Sequence record: LC819008.1
DNA: 64,000 nt
Reading direction: 5' to 3' (one strand)
Position 1 is the stretch's first letter; every line of letters starts with the position of its first letter. The translations under genes were made by a program, and so were the position numbers. The notes under the pieces are model-generated. The model ran no database searches and was not told the DNA's origin. It saw only the letters and a list, made by a program, of their open reading frames with translations. This document shows, piece by piece, positions 29,312 to 39,964 of this stretch.

Positions 29312-29821
29312 TTACTTCGAGCCGAACGCCGACGTGAACGTCGTGTTGATGGTGTCGCGCAGCTTGCTGAGATCGCCGCGGCTGTTCTTCGCGCCGTAGG
29401 TCGCGAACTTGATGTTGGTCTGGCCGTAGACGTCCTTCTCGCCGTCGACGACGAAGTTGCCCGTTTCCTTGTCGAGGACGCGGTTCGGGACACGCTTGTG
29501 TCGCTCGAACGAAACGTCGAGCACGCTGCGGCCGAGTTCGAACGACAGTGCTGCCGTGCCGAGATCCTTCGTTTCCTTGAAACGGCGTTCGACGGCTTTC
29601 GCGCCGGCGTCGGTCGAACCGAGGATGAAGTCGCTCACGTAGTTCTGGTCGTCGATCATCTGATCGACATTGCGGCCGTCTTCGGTCGCGATTTCGCGGA
29701 ACACGGACTTCTGCAGATCCTTGTCGAGATTGCCCGACGTGTCGACCTTGCCGTCGATCTTGGCGAAGAGGCGATCCGAGATCGATTGTGCACGCGTGTT
29801 CAGCTTGAATTGTTCGCTCAT
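29312..29821 (-). CDS. Hypothetical protein, probably highly expressed
   Basis: 169 aa with extreme C/G third-position bias and an AAGGA RBS. Confidence 0.7.
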   Translation of the reverse strand: MSEQFKLNTRAQSISDRLFAKIDGKVDTSGNLDKDLQKSVFREIATEDGRNVDQMIDDQNYVSDFILGSTDAGAKAVERRFKETKDLGTAALSFELGRSVLDVSFERHKRVPNRVLDKETGNFVVDGEKDVYGQTNIKFATYGAKNSRGDLSKLRDTINTTFTSAFGSK

Positions 29822-29890
29822 CGCGATGATTCCTTTTTAGAAAGTAAGGGTTACTGCGTTGGAAAAAGAGACTACGTTTTCAGCCGCTAG

Positions 29891-30340
29891 TTAATACGAG
29901 CGGCCACCGGGCTTGCGGTTGTTATTGTTATAACCACCACTGCCTTGATACTTCGGCCGATCCCCGTAAGACTTCGGAGGATACGACCGCACTTCTTGCA
30001 CCGGCACCGAAATGGGTTGCGGCGGCGGAGCAACGTACGGCTTGGCTTGGTTCAGGTTGTACTTCGTGATGAACTTCGCCTTGAAACCTTGCGACAGCAC
30101 CGGACCGTTTTCCGGCATGAACACGAGAACGTACTTGCCTTCGCGTTGCGTCACGATCGGCTTCTTGTACTTCTCGTGCCAGTCAGCAGGCAGCTGCGAC
30201 TGATCGAACGTCGTGTCATGGAACGCCGAATTGGGTTCGATGTACGTATCGTTCGATTTACCGACGGCCTTTTCGAGACCTTCGATCGTGTATTCGTTGT
30301 CCAGGAATTTGATAGTCCTGGAGTTCGCACCATTGGTCAT
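29891..30340 (-). CDS. Hypothetical protein with a Gly/Tyr/Arg/Pro-rich low-complexity tail
   Basis: 149 aa with a GAGGA RBS; C-terminus 'YQGSGGYNNNNRKPGGRSY'. Confidence 0.65.
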   Translation of the reverse strand: MTNGANSRTIKFLDNEYTIEGLEKAVGKSNDTYIEPNSAFHDTTFDQSQLPADWHEKYKKPIVTQREGKYVLVFMPENGPVLSQGFKAKFITKYNLNQAKPYVAPPPQPISVPVQEVRSYPPKSYGDRPKYQGSGGYNNNNRKPGGRSY

Positions 30341-30455
30341 TTGATCCTCAATTGTAAAATTGACCTGTGACTCATCTCTAAATCAGAGAGAGCGCTAGTA
30401 ACTTTTTATAAGTTTGAAGCAGGATTATCAAAGTTTACTCAGGAAACTCATGTGT

Positions 30456-30470
30456 GTAATATGTGGTTGA
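30456..30470 (-). promoter_or_regulatory. Early-promoter-like motif
   Basis: Minus strand TCAACCACATATTAC, upstream of 29891..30340. Confidence 0.55.
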
Positions 30471-30486
30471 AAATAAATAGAAAGCA

Positions 30487-30519
30487 TAATTCACAGGGGC
30501 TTGTGGCCCCTGTGAATTA
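30487..30519 (-). terminator. Hairpin after the prohead protease gene
   Basis: 14-bp stem taattcacaggggc/gcccctgtgaatta. Confidence 0.65.
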
Positions 30520-30528
30520 GCGGTCTGA

Positions 30529-31311
30529 TTACAACTTCTTGGTGTTGATCAGTTCGAAGAAGTTACGCTTCGCTTGTGGCGTGTCGCGCACTTCCCAACC
30601 CAATGCACCCATGAGTGCGCCGAGCGGAACGGATACCGATTCGTTCGAACCGGGTCGTTGACGGATGTTGCGTGCCGATTGACGAACCGCGCCTTCCGTG
30701 AAGATCTTGCTGGAGTGAGCTTCCAGCGACGGCGAGTCGTACTTCGTGGCCATGGCAATGCCAGGCTCGTTCACGTAGTCGAACGTGACGACGTGTTTCA
30801 TCTCCTTGATGATCCGGCCACCAACGCGATGAGGCATCGAGAAGCAACGAATCGAGAAGCACACGTTTTCACTGCCGTTGTTGATCTGCTTGTCCAGCGC
30901 ATCACCATACGGACCCGACGGAGCCACCGCAGACATGATGCCCACGATAGGACGGCCTTGACCATCCTTGTAGTGATCGAAGTCCAGGTAGATCTTCTTG
31001 TGATGACAGCAAGCCGACTTTTCGTCGATGCGCAGGAGACGTTCAACGAACTTGTCGTCCGATTGACCCGTTTCCTGGTTGGGGTGGCCATACTCACCAC
31101 GCAATACGCCCTTCGACGCCATGCGAACAAGATCGCTCGCTTCGGTGAAGAACTTCTTGCCGTAGTTGTAATCGTAGAACTCACCCTTGTTGTTTGTCAT
31201 GTTCAGGGCGCCCACGATCATGTCGTAGTACCCGTCACTGTTTTTCTTGAGCGTGCCAGCAGCGTTCCGACCATTCAGAACCTGACAGCTAAACTCCACG
31301 GCGCCTTGCAT
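30529..31311 (-). CDS. Prohead (head maturation) serine protease, phiKZ gp175-like
   Basis: 'LRGEYGHP' (catalytic His), 'VCFSIRCFS' (catalytic Ser) and 'VTFDYVNEPGI'. Confidence 0.88.
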   Translation of the reverse strand: MQGAVEFSCQVLNGRNAAGTLKKNSDGYYDMIVGALNMTNNKGEFYDYNYGKKFFTEASDLVRMASKGVLRGEYGHPNQETGQSDDKFVERLLRIDEKSACCHHKKIYLDFDHYKDGQGRPIVGIMSAVAPSGPYGDALDKQINNGSENVCFSIRCFSMPHRVGGRIIKEMKHVVTFDYVNEPGIAMATKYDSPSLEAHSSKIFTEGAVRQSARNIRQRPGSNESVSVPLGALMGALGWEVRDTPQAKRNFFELINTKKL

Positions 31312-31332
31312 CTTTAACCTCTTTGCGAAAAA

Positions 31333-32055
31333 TTACATACGGAGATATTCTTCGATTTGCTCGACACGCTCTGAGGGATTATTCAACGCAGCGATAATAC
31401 CCCGTTGCTGATACGAACCCGCGATACGGGTAAGCGTCGAGCTGGCCGAGTACTCGATGGTACGAATCGAAGTCGGCACAGATTCTTTTTCGGTGAGGTC
31501 GGCTACCGTCTTGACTTCATGGCGGAAGTACTTCGACCGGTCTTTCGCAAGACGCGTGTTCGTCGCCACAATCAGTTCAGTAATTTCACACTGTTCCGTG
31601 ATGTTCGTGCCAGCGTGTTTCACGGCCGAATCGAACACCTTGCAGCGGTCCAGGTAATTCATGAACCAGGGCACACGAGCCTTAGCGATGATCTCGGTAA
31701 AGATGTGGTAAACGAGACCACTGTTCTTCACGAGGTCCATGCTCGGACACACAACCGTGTTTTTGTCGAAGTTGTAGAGGACATAGATGTCCCCATCGAC
31801 GTCAACTTCCGAAATGGATGTCGGCGTCAGCGGAATGAACGCATTCGTCATGGTGATGAAGTAGCGGTTGCCCACAATCCATGCACAAATGCCGATGGTC
31901 TTGTTCTCGGAACCAACAGTCGCAAGCTTCACTTCGACGAAACGTTTGGGGATCATGATCGAGCAAGCATCTGCTGCCATGAGAGCCCCAGTCTTCGTCG
32001 TAACGAAACTACGTTTCGCGACTTCCGGGTCACGAGTGAGTTTCGTGACGTCCAT
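31333..32055 (-). CDS. Conserved phiKZ-like protein (gp176-like)
   Basis: 240 aa, in synteny between the protease and the vRNAP genes. Confidence 0.65.
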   Translation of the reverse strand: MDVTKLTRDPEVAKRSFVTTKTGALMAADACSIMIPKRFVEVKLATVGSENKTIGICAWIVGNRYFITMTNAFIPLTPTSISEVDVDGDIYVLYNFDKNTVVCPSMDLVKNSGLVYHIFTEIIAKARVPWFMNYLDRCKVFDSAVKHAGTNITEQCEITELIVATNTRLAKDRSKYFRHEVKTVADLTEKESVPTSIRTIEYSASSTLTRIAGSYQQRGIIAALNNPSERVEQIEEYLRM

Positions 32056-33488
32056 CAGGCGATTTCGATCTGGTCAGCGAACCAGTCCGCGACGTAGTCG
32101 ACCACAGCCAGGTTCAGCGCGTCTTCCGTCGAGATGTCGCTATTCGCAGCCATCGCTTCGTTCACGCCGCGCAGGATACAGATTGCGTCGGTGTGATTGA
32201 ACATCGTCAGGCACACGGCCTTCATCGCGAGGATGTCGATGTCCTTCAGTTCCGGATTGTAGACGCGGGAGATGAACTCTTCTGCGTTGTCCAGAATACG
32301 ATTGACGTTGGCGCGGATGACTTCGTCGTCCGTCGTACGAACGTAATGACGGATGTATTCGCCGATAGCACGACGCACGGAGATCAGCATACCGCTTTCC
32401 GTGTTCTGCTTGGCGAGCGTGACCTGGTAGGCCCACGCCTGCTTGTACTTTTCCGTACCAGCGACGATGTCTTCGAGATAGGTCTTGCGGTCGCCCGAGA
32501 TTGCAGCACCCAGAACCGTCTCGACGTCGCCACCTTCTTCCATGTAGCGATCGTACACCGACTTGTTGACGAACACGGTCTTGTTGTCGACCTTTTCGAT
32601 CAGCTTGCCGTGCTTCATCTGCTGGTTGTTGTACTCCATCGCGATGTAGAGCGCCGAGCCCGTGACTTCCACGAGGTTCTTCAGAGCGTAGGTGTACTTC
32701 GAGCTCGACAGCCCGTTCACGCCCGTACCCGTCGGAACGCCTTCACCACCAGCGAGCAGGCGATCTGCGAACAGGAAGGTCGCGAAGTTGCGAGCCGTAC
32801 CCTTGACGCGATCGACACGGAATTCGTCGTACGTCTTGAACGTGGTCGCTTGATGAGCGAACACGACGTTCCAGACTTCGCGGATGAGTTCGATACCTTC
32901 GTTGGCCACGAACTGGTCGACAGCCGTGTCGTAAGCTTCCGCGCCGATCTTCAGCAGACCGAGCAACTGCTCGTCCGTGAGTTCCGGATAGTCCAGCACC
33001 AGCACCTGGTTGTCTTGCGGCTTGATCGAGGCAAACTCTTCGAGCTTGTTCACAATTGCCGGAACGTCGAACAGGGGCGAGCCCGTGACCATTTCGATCG
33101 TGTAGCTGCGAACGCCCGTACGCTCGTCGATGTCCAGGACTTCTTTGAGCTTGTTGTGCAGTTCATGCACAGCCGGAATGACGACGGTCGTAGCAAATGC
33201 CACGTGACCTGCCAGAGCCGTACCCAGCGCCGCGGACGCCGATTCCATGTAGCAGTCGTGCACGTGTTCCTGCACTTCGCCATTGACGATCTGCGTTTCG
33301 TTGCCGTTGTAGATCTGTGCCGGCAGGCCGTCGATCTCGCTCAGGCAGCTGATTGCGCTACCCCAGATGTGGGTGGCAGCCAGTGCTTCTTCGATCGGCG
33401 AACCGGCTTTCGGACGCAACGACACGCCCTTGTCGGCGAGAACCGCCACGAGGTCTTTCGAGGAGTTCAGTGCTTCGAGAGTCAGCAT
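32055..33488 (-). CDS. Putative virion head protein (gp177-like)
   Basis: 477 aa, translationally coupled to the downstream gene, with strong codon bias; synteny agrees. Confidence 0.65.
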   Translation of the reverse strand: MLTLEALNSSKDLVAVLADKGVSLRPKAGSPIEEALAATHIWGSAISCLSEIDGLPAQIYNGNETQIVNGEVQEHVHDCYMESASAALGTALAGHVAFATTVVIPAVHELHNKLKEVLDIDERTGVRSYTIEMVTGSPLFDVPAIVNKLEEFASIKPQDNQVLVLDYPELTDEQLLGLLKIGAEAYDTAVDQFVANEGIELIREVWNVVFAHQATTFKTYDEFRVDRVKGTARNFATFLFADRLLAGGEGVPTGTGVNGLSSSKYTYALKNLVEVTGSALYIAMEYNNQQMKHGKLIEKVDNKTVFVNKSVYDRYMEEGGDVETVLGAAISGDRKTYLEDIVAGTEKYKQAWAYQVTLAKQNTESGMLISVRRAIGEYIRHYVRTTDDEVIRANVNRILDNAEEFISRVYNPELKDIDILAMKAVCLTMFNHTDAICILRGVNEAMAANSDISTEDALNLAVVDYVADWFADQIEIA

Positions 33489-33501
33489 GATTTTTGATTC
33501 C

Positions 33502-33774
33502 TTACTTGGCGATGACGTTGGGGTTCACGGCACCGCTTTGGTGTTCGCCAGTACGCACCGACTTGTTGAACTGACCGCTCGGCATGTTACGCAGAGCGCC
33601 TTCGAGCTTCTTGTGGACCTTCATCATGAAGACGCGGTACACGGTGTCACGTGCTGCCGGCTGGCCGAAGAAGTTGCGCACGTTCTCGTTGGTCATCATC
33701 GATGCCACGGTGTTACGCGTCAACTCGGCGCCGTTGGCCAGAATGGCCATGTTGGTTTGCGGAGCGGATTGCAT
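33502..33774 (-). CDS. Small hypothetical protein (90 aa)
   Basis: ATG 33774 with an AGGA RBS. Confidence 0.55.
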   Translation of the reverse strand: MQSAPQTNMAILANGAELTRNTVASMMTNENVRNFFGQPAARDTVYRVFMMKVHKKLEGALRNMPSGQFNKSVRTGEHQSGAVNPNVIAK

Positions 33775-33856
33775 AATTGTTCCTGTTAAAAAAGATGCTG
33801 ATTTCTCGACAGACATAAATGGGTGAGGACTCGCCTCACCCATTTTTCGTTTCAGA

Positions 33857-36800
33857 TTACGAGTCGTATGCAGCCACTACAAGCTCTGCGCCCTTCATCA
33901 GAATGGCAGTGGTCGTGCCAACGATGTCAGGCGAATTCACAATACGACGTGCAATCGACGTGTAGCTGAACCGACCAAGGATCTTCGTGCCATCCTCAGC
34001 CTTCATGGGTTCCTTGATGACCTTGCCGATAATCGACTTCAGCTGGTTCACCAGCACGATCTTGTCACCCACGCCAGCAGGTTCCGGCCCAGTAATGTAG
34101 ATTCGGATTGCAACAGAATCCAGAGGAATCGAATTCCCCTTGACCTTGAAGCCCTCATCCACTTCACCGGTAACAACCTTCTTCCCGGCCGACTTCCGAC
34201 GGTGGCCAATCTCGCGGTCAGACGCAGCAACAATCTTCTTGATGCTGTCGGACATGTCCTCTTTGTCGCCGCGATAGAACACCTCGATGCGTTCAACAAC
34301 GCCGTCGTATTTCGCTTTCGGAGCTTGAGAGCCGAGGGCTTTCAAACTATCAATGTCCGCCTCATCATAGAGATCGAGACCGGAAGTGATCTCGTCCTGA
34401 ATGATCATCAGAACATCGTCGTATTTGACTGCTTCACCGACTTTGATCAGGCGAGCAATCGCCTGTTTGAACGACACGATAATCGTCCGCTGTTTTGTCT
34501 GTTCCGTCATCAGCATGTCCGCCAGTTCTTGCGAGATCACGCTAGCATCTTCAATCACGTCAGCAGGTTCGCACAAAGCGAAGTGAGCGTAAGTGCCATT
34601 GCACCACACCACCTGACGGGGGTTCAGAGTGTCGGGTTTGAAGAAGCCCTTGTTGAAGGTAATTGCATCGCCTTCAATGAACTTCGTACCAACTTTGAGA
34701 TTGGTCACCAAGGTATGCGGAATCGTCATACCGGCGTTTTCGCCGTATTGTCGTCCCAGCGGATAACCCTTGGTTGTTCCGTCTTCGTACTGGACAGTAA
34801 TGCCGTGATCGGTAACTTCCGTCACCTTGCCTTTTTGCTTGGCCGTCACTGCAAAGAGTTCGCTCGCACGATGAGGAATCACGCGATCGTATCCAGTTGA
34901 CAGGATGTTTTCCATCTGACCGGTCACTGCCACGCCGTGCTCATGCTGAATGGAAATAAAACCCATCCGCTTCATGTCGTCACGGGTAGCACCAGGAGAC
35001 GCCAGAACACTCGACGAGAAGATGGAACTCATGGCGAGATCCTTCTTGTCGGGTTCAACCGGCATACCCAGCGTGTTGGTCAGCTGAGGATTCGGTGCGA
35101 GATAGGTATTGATACCCACTTCACCAGAGTCCTTCGTAGCTTCAGAGATGATGCCGATATCGTTCTTCCCGTATTCACGGGTAGCGGCTGTCATGGTGTC
35201 TTTCGAGCGACCACCAGCGCCTGTGAACGTAACTTCCTCGCGCATCTTCAGGTTTGCGATCGGATTGATGTCCTTCACCACGACGATTGACGGATCTTCC
35301 GCCAATGCTTGCCAGATGGCAAAAGGTTTCATCTCAATCGGATAACGGCTCTTGCCCGGACGACCGTTGTGTGCCCGCATGGAGCGAACCAGTTCCTGAT
35401 AAACCGCACCCGCGATTCGTTCGTAACCCTTGATGCGCATTTCGCTCATGTCGAGTTCCGGACGATGCATATCGTCCAGGAGCAGTTCCGTCGCAAAGAC
35501 CAGAATGCCCATGAAGTCAGTCGGTTCTTTCAGGTGGAGCAGCACATCCTTGGTAATCGGATCGACGAACATGTCGCGAGCCAAGGTGATCTCACGCAAA
35601 ACGCGAGTGCCGCCACCCGTCGTATCCAGAACGTTCTGATAAACGCCCGGATGATCGAAGTCCGTGATCGAGAAACCACGAATGATCCGACGGAATTCCT
35701 GGAAGCCGCCCAATAGCAGGCAAGCAAGACGATCGTTCTTGGAGAAGAGCAACGTTTCGTCACTGAACACCAGAGCGACTTCGTCAGGCTGCTGTTGAGT
35801 ACGCGTACCAACCGGCACACGACGGGTCTTGATCTTCAGACGCTTGATGAGTTCAGTCAGACCGTAATCCCAAGCGAGAATCATGCCGATCGGCACGTAT
35901 TTCCCAGCTATCTTGATCTCGACGAATTCAGCAGGCATACCGGACATATCGAGCCCGAGTATTTCTTCCATCTCGCCCAGAGGCTTAACTGTTTCACCTT
36001 GAATCAGGTAGAACGAATCGCCTTCGTAGTAGATGATCTTGCGTTTGTCGGAGATGGCGATCGGAACAAAGCCCTTCTTGATCCAGGGACCGACCACTTC
36101 CATGTTGAAGTTGTCTTCGATCTTCGAGAGATCGAGATGGAAAACAAACTTTTCCTTCTCCACATTCTGCAACGTGAACTCTTTGATCTGGTGCGCAAGC
36201 GCCGACACAGAGCGAGGAGCCTTGATGTTCATGTGGAAGACGTTTGCAGTCTTGATATCCGTCACCACGTCGATCGAGTTATCGAAACCCAAGGACATGA
36301 CTTCATTGATCAGCCATTGCTGGTAATCATTGACGGCTTTGCGGCTACGGTAGATGAAGAACTTGCCGTAGTAGCTCGTGATTGCAACACGGTTCGGTGC
36401 CACCTTACGGATCGGGAAGTCGCCGCGTTGATTACGCATTGCATACTTCACGCCGTTGGCAGTGTACGTACCGTCTTCGTTGATTTCCGGGATAGGGAAA
36501 CGCAGCGTGGTCGGTGCGCCTTCAACAGGCACGATACGAGCCACGAAGTTCTGGTTCGTACCCTGAATCGTCTCAGTCTTTTCGACTTCGAGATGATCCA
36601 GCATAACGTTCGCACTCTGAACGTGGGTGATCATCCTGAGGATGTGTTTGGGCAATGTGTGCTTGATGTACTTCTGCTGACTCACTTCAATCGAGGAGTG
36701 CAACATCGAACCATCGACGACCACTGCATTGGGAGCAGCGATGTGTTTGGTGTCGACATGAAGCTCATGCGGCTCGATATGCATTGCATCAACGAGCGTG

Positions 36801-38308
36801 CCCTTCCCGCCGAACGGATGGGGAATCGTTTTGTACTTTTCAGTGAGGTTCGACAGACGACGATACTCGGCAGCAGTCAGAAGACCAGCCTCAGCGAGAA
36901 CGCCAATGCGATCTTTCGTCTTGTGTTCGTAAGGACGCGTGTCATCGACAGCCAAAGGCAAGACTTCACCAGTAACCGGATTCACGATGTCCCGTGACTC
37001 TTCACTACTGTTGAGCTTTTCGAGCTCAGCGAGATCAGCGTCGATCATCGCGTTGATGTCGTCCGTGATTTCGAACCTGGAGGAATCTTCATCCTCGTGC
37101 TCAGTGAGCTTGGCTGCATTGCGAAGAAGTTCTTCGCTAGATTTCACCTCGGGCCCTTTTAAGCTCTTGGATGAGACCGTCGAGTCCGCCAGGTCTACGT
37201 CTTTTTTTACGGCGATTTCCTCCTCGTCCGCTGCACGCGGGAGTCCTTCATCGTCGTGTTCCGGTTCTTCTTCCGGAGTTTCTTTACCGAGCAGTGCTTC
37301 TGCTTCCTGCTTGGCGATGTCCTTCGGAGAAACCAGCTTGTCTGCTGCCGCAGCATTCGCATCGATTGCAGTAACCGAGCGTGCGGACATGAGCACCATG
37401 TACATGCGCAGAATGTACTTCTGCAGCTGCTTGTTGTTGTACGAAACGCTATCGATCTTGCGAACGTCCTTGGCCTGCATCTTGCCAGTCTTGACGTCCT
37501 GCTTCACCTGGTCGTGGTACGCTTCGTTGACGCTCTTTTGCCAGTAGTACAGGCGCTCCAGGTTCACCGAGATCCACGAGTTCGCATCTTCGATGATGAA
37601 GTTGATGAACCGGTAGTTCTTCGGCTCGATACGATCGAAAATGTTTGCAGGCTTCTTGCCTTCGTCGTCCGGCTCCATCAGGAACTTCCACAACTCCAAC
37701 AGGAAACGCGCCCCGTCGGAATGGAAGATCTTGAGCGAGTTCTGATCCATGTTCTTGCTGGCAGTGTTCAGGCGACTGATTGCCGGCAGGACTTCAGGGG
37801 TCTTAACGATGAGGAACTGATTGCGCTGCGAGGCGTTCGCTGCAATGTTCATCTCGCTGGTAACCGTATGCATCAGGTCGAACCAGGCATTGTAATCCGC
37901 ATAGAGCGAACGGATATACTTGTAGTTGTGATGGACAACGGCGTAATTGGTTACGACCATCGTCTTCGGATCTTTCGGCATCTTCTCCAGATCCAGCAAC
38001 TTGCGGAACCGGCGATTGCGAACGAAGTAGCCGCGCAGAATCGGATTCGAGTCAAACGTCACCCGACGGGGTTCGTGAGGCGGATCGATGAGTCTGAGCG
38101 GCGTGTAGATCAGGATGGGTTTGGTGATGCCCTTAAAGAGCGGATGATCCGAACCCGGCCCGACATCGATCTTACTTTCTGCAACGTAATGCAAGAGCGA
38201 GTTCTGAGGGAGCTCCATATCCTGAAGCGTCGAAACGATAGGGGCAACCAATTGGCCGCCCTTACGAATCATCCTCGCTCTCTCAAAGTTCTGATAAAGA
38301 AGGTTCAT
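33857..38308 (-). CDS. rpoB: Virion RNA polymerase beta subunit, large part (phiKZ gp178-like)
   Basis: RpoB-like motifs 'ISEATKDSGEVG', 'GFISIQHEHG', 'EDASVIS' and 'GVGDKIVLVNQLKSII'. 1483 aa; lacks the extreme RpoB C-terminus. Confidence 0.88.
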   Translation of the reverse strand: MNLLYQNFERARMIRKGGQLVAPIVSTLQDMELPQNSLLHYVAESKIDVGPGSDHPLFKGITKPILIYTPLRLIDPPHEPRRVTFDSNPILRGYFVRNRRFRKLLDLEKMPKDPKTMVVTNYAVVHHNYKYIRSLYADYNAWFDLMHTVTSEMNIAANASQRNQFLIVKTPEVLPAISRLNTASKNMDQNSLKIFHSDGARFLLELWKFLMEPDDEGKKPANIFDRIEPKNYRFINFIIEDANSWISVNLERLYYWQKSVNEAYHDQVKQDVKTGKMQAKDVRKIDSVSYNNKQLQKYILRMYMVLMSARSVTAIDANAAAADKLVSPKDIAKQEAEALLGKETPEEEPEHDDEGLPRAADEEEIAVKKDVDLADSTVSSKSLKGPEVKSSEELLRNAAKLTEHEDEDSSRFEITDDINAMIDADLAELEKLNSSEESRDIVNPVTGEVLPLAVDDTRPYEHKTKDRIGVLAEAGLLTAAEYRRLSNLTEKYKTIPHPFGGKGTLVDAMHIEPHELHVDTKHIAAPNAVVVDGSMLHSSIEVSQQKYIKHTLPKHILRMITHVQSANVMLDHLEVEKTETIQGTNQNFVARIVPVEGAPTTLRFPIPEINEDGTYTANGVKYAMRNQRGDFPIRKVAPNRVAITSYYGKFFIYRSRKAVNDYQQWLINEVMSLGFDNSIDVVTDIKTANVFHMNIKAPRSVSALAHQIKEFTLQNVEKEKFVFHLDLSKIEDNFNMEVVGPWIKKGFVPIAISDKRKIIYYEGDSFYLIQGETVKPLGEMEEILGLDMSGMPAEFVEIKIAGKYVPIGMILAWDYGLTELIKRLKIKTRRVPVGTRTQQQPDEVALVFSDETLLFSKNDRLACLLLGGFQEFRRIIRGFSITDFDHPGVYQNVLDTTGGGTRVLREITLARDMFVDPITKDVLLHLKEPTDFMGILVFATELLLDDMHRPELDMSEMRIKGYERIAGAVYQELVRSMRAHNGRPGKSRYPIEMKPFAIWQALAEDPSIVVVKDINPIANLKMREEVTFTGAGGRSKDTMTAATREYGKNDIGIISEATKDSGEVGINTYLAPNPQLTNTLGMPVEPDKKDLAMSSIFSSSVLASPGATRDDMKRMGFISIQHEHGVAVTGQMENILSTGYDRVIPHRASELFAVTAKQKGKVTEVTDHGITVQYEDGTTKGYPLGRQYGENAGMTIPHTLVTNLKVGTKFIEGDAITFNKGFFKPDTLNPRQVVWCNGTYAHFALCEPADVIEDASVISQELADMLMTEQTKQRTIIVSFKQAIARLIKVGEAVKYDDVLMIIQDEITSGLDLYDEADIDSLKALGSQAPKAKYDGVVERIEVFYRGDKEDMSDSIKKIVAASDREIGHRRKSAGKKVVTGEVDEGFKVKGNSIPLDSVAIRIYITGPEPAGVGDKIVLVNQLKSIIGKVIKEPMKAEDGTKILGRFSYTSIARRIVNSPDIVGTTTAILMKGAELVVAAYDS

Positions 38309-38319
38309 GAAAAGTCCTG

Positions 38320-39936
38320 TTAACGGGTCAGGTTGAAGCAGACGAGTTTCGCCGTATCAACCACCGCAGAAGCGATGAGTCGACCCTTCGGATCAACATA
38401 GGCAATTTTCTTTTTGAAGAGATCGTTGACCTCTTTAACGCCCTCGTCAGTGTAGAGTGCGTTGGCCGAAGACGTGTCGCCGTCGAAGTCTGCATTGAGC
38501 AGCGCGAGACGAATCATGTTCGGACAGATGGTGTTGATGAAGGCTTCGCCACGAATCGGGAAGGACATCACGTAGTCGTCTTCGTGACGTTCCCAATTGT
38601 CGTCCAACACCCAACGCTTTTCGCTGTTGGTGGTCGTTTTGATATACCCGATAGACGGGTAGATCGAGCCCAGAGATGCGACGGGGTAACGCGTCACAAA
38701 CAATGGGAGGGTGCTCAATTTTTTTACAACAGACAGATAGATCAGTTCTGCGTAAGTCGCAGGGCTGACATTGTTCTTGTCCAGATTGTCGGGCAACTCG
38801 CCGATGTCTTGCAGCAGACGAACGGTATTATCCGGGCCACGATAGACCAATGCCAGATAGTGATTGCCCACCATGGCAGGCTTGTGACGCATCTCCACGT
38901 TCTGAAAGAGCGAGAAGAGTTTGTCGATACCTTCGTCACTGAAGAACTTATCCCAGTCGTCCGGCTTCAGTTGCACGTTCTCCTGCTTGAACGTGTTTTT
39001 GTTTACCAGTTTGACAGGCGAGCCCGGTCCGTTGTGAACTTTCGAGAGGAAGTTGTTCTTGAACTCGAAGATAGCCACTGGACGGCAGGCGCGGATTGCC
39101 TGGTAGAGTCCGTAGACCGTGTGGTTCGGTCCGACGTTGCCAGGGTCGCCGAGTTCGGTGATGCCTTCATCCAGAGGCGAGATAACATTTCGCGTACCGT
39201 CCGCAATGTGTCGTGAAGCCCACTTGCCGAGCACCAGCTTCCGTTTACCGGAGATCAGGTTCTTCAGGCTTTCGTAGATTTCGTTAAACGTCATCTGCAG
39301 CTTAAAGCGCGCAGCGTCCGATACGTCGCGATCCGATGCCTTACCGTCGCCAGGAATGGTGTTAGCCACCATCAGCAAGCGTCGATAGATCTTGTTGATT
39401 TCGTCTTCTTCACTACGGCCATCGTCACCCATTTGCAGGTCACGCATGGCAGCAGGAATCACCATGACCTTATCGGTCAAGGCAACATGCTTGTAGTTGA
39501 CGATGAGCTTCTGAGCTTCCATCTTCTCAGGAGACTTGGTCGGCTGCAACTTGATGTCTTTCCAGTGCTGCATGAAGAACCGGAAACCAGTTTTCCCGTT
39601 GATGGGATCGCTGGGCATGAAGTCACCTTCCTTGTCGTCCCAAACGGCATAACCCTTACCGGACACGATGTCCATGTAAAGATGTTTGTTGCCCACCAGT
39701 GCATTGAAAATGGCCGGGTGGAACACTTGCGTTTTGACGTTGATGTAGCTGAACTTCTCGGTTCGCATTTCTTCGCCGACCTTACCAAAGATCAGCGCAG
39801 AAAACAAACCATCGGGATGGAAGTTGATCCCGGAGTTGTCGAAGATATCCAATGCCGATACGGGCCGGAGGTTCTTCAGACGTTCATCCTTTGGATCAAG
39901 AATCTTGATATTAAAAGGTACATTGATAGGCTTCAC
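38320..39936 (-). CDS. rpoC: Virion RNA polymerase beta' catalytic part (phiKZ gp180-like)
   Basis: Catalytic 'NADFDGD', plus 'FHPDGLFSALIFG' and 'LFVTRYPV'. Confidence 0.92.
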   Translation of the reverse strand: MKPINVPFNIKILDPKDERLKNLRPVSALDIFDNSGINFHPDGLFSALIFGKVGEEMRTEKFSYINVKTQVFHPAIFNALVGNKHLYMDIVSGKGYAVWDDKEGDFMPSDPINGKTGFRFFMQHWKDIKLQPTKSPEKMEAQKLIVNYKHVALTDKVMVIPAAMRDLQMGDDGRSEEDEINKIYRRLLMVANTIPGDGKASDRDVSDAARFKLQMTFNEIYESLKNLISGKRKLVLGKWASRHIADGTRNVISPLDEGITELGDPGNVGPNHTVYGLYQAIRACRPVAIFEFKNNFLSKVHNGPGSPVKLVNKNTFKQENVQLKPDDWDKFFSDEGIDKLFSLFQNVEMRHKPAMVGNHYLALVYRGPDNTVRLLQDIGELPDNLDKNNVSPATYAELIYLSVVKKLSTLPLFVTRYPVASLGSIYPSIGYIKTTTNSEKRWVLDDNWERHEDDYVMSFPIRGEAFINTICPNMIRLALLNADFDGDTSSANALYTDEGVKEVNDLFKKKIAYVDPKGRLIASAVVDTAKLVCFNLTR

Positions 39937-39964
39937 ACTGAATCCTTAACGGAGTAATCGAGGT

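Noticed and set aside
33857-39936. Interpretation as a bacterial rpoBC locus or a prophage in a host chromosome
   Set aside because: The subunits are split and highly divergent, they are surrounded by virion genes, and no housekeeping genes, integrase or att site are visible.
16306-39936. Inteins or group I introns in terminase, RNAP or polymerase
   Set aside because: The ORFs are continuous and of expected size, and I saw no LAGLIDADG/HNH or C...HN splice motifs.
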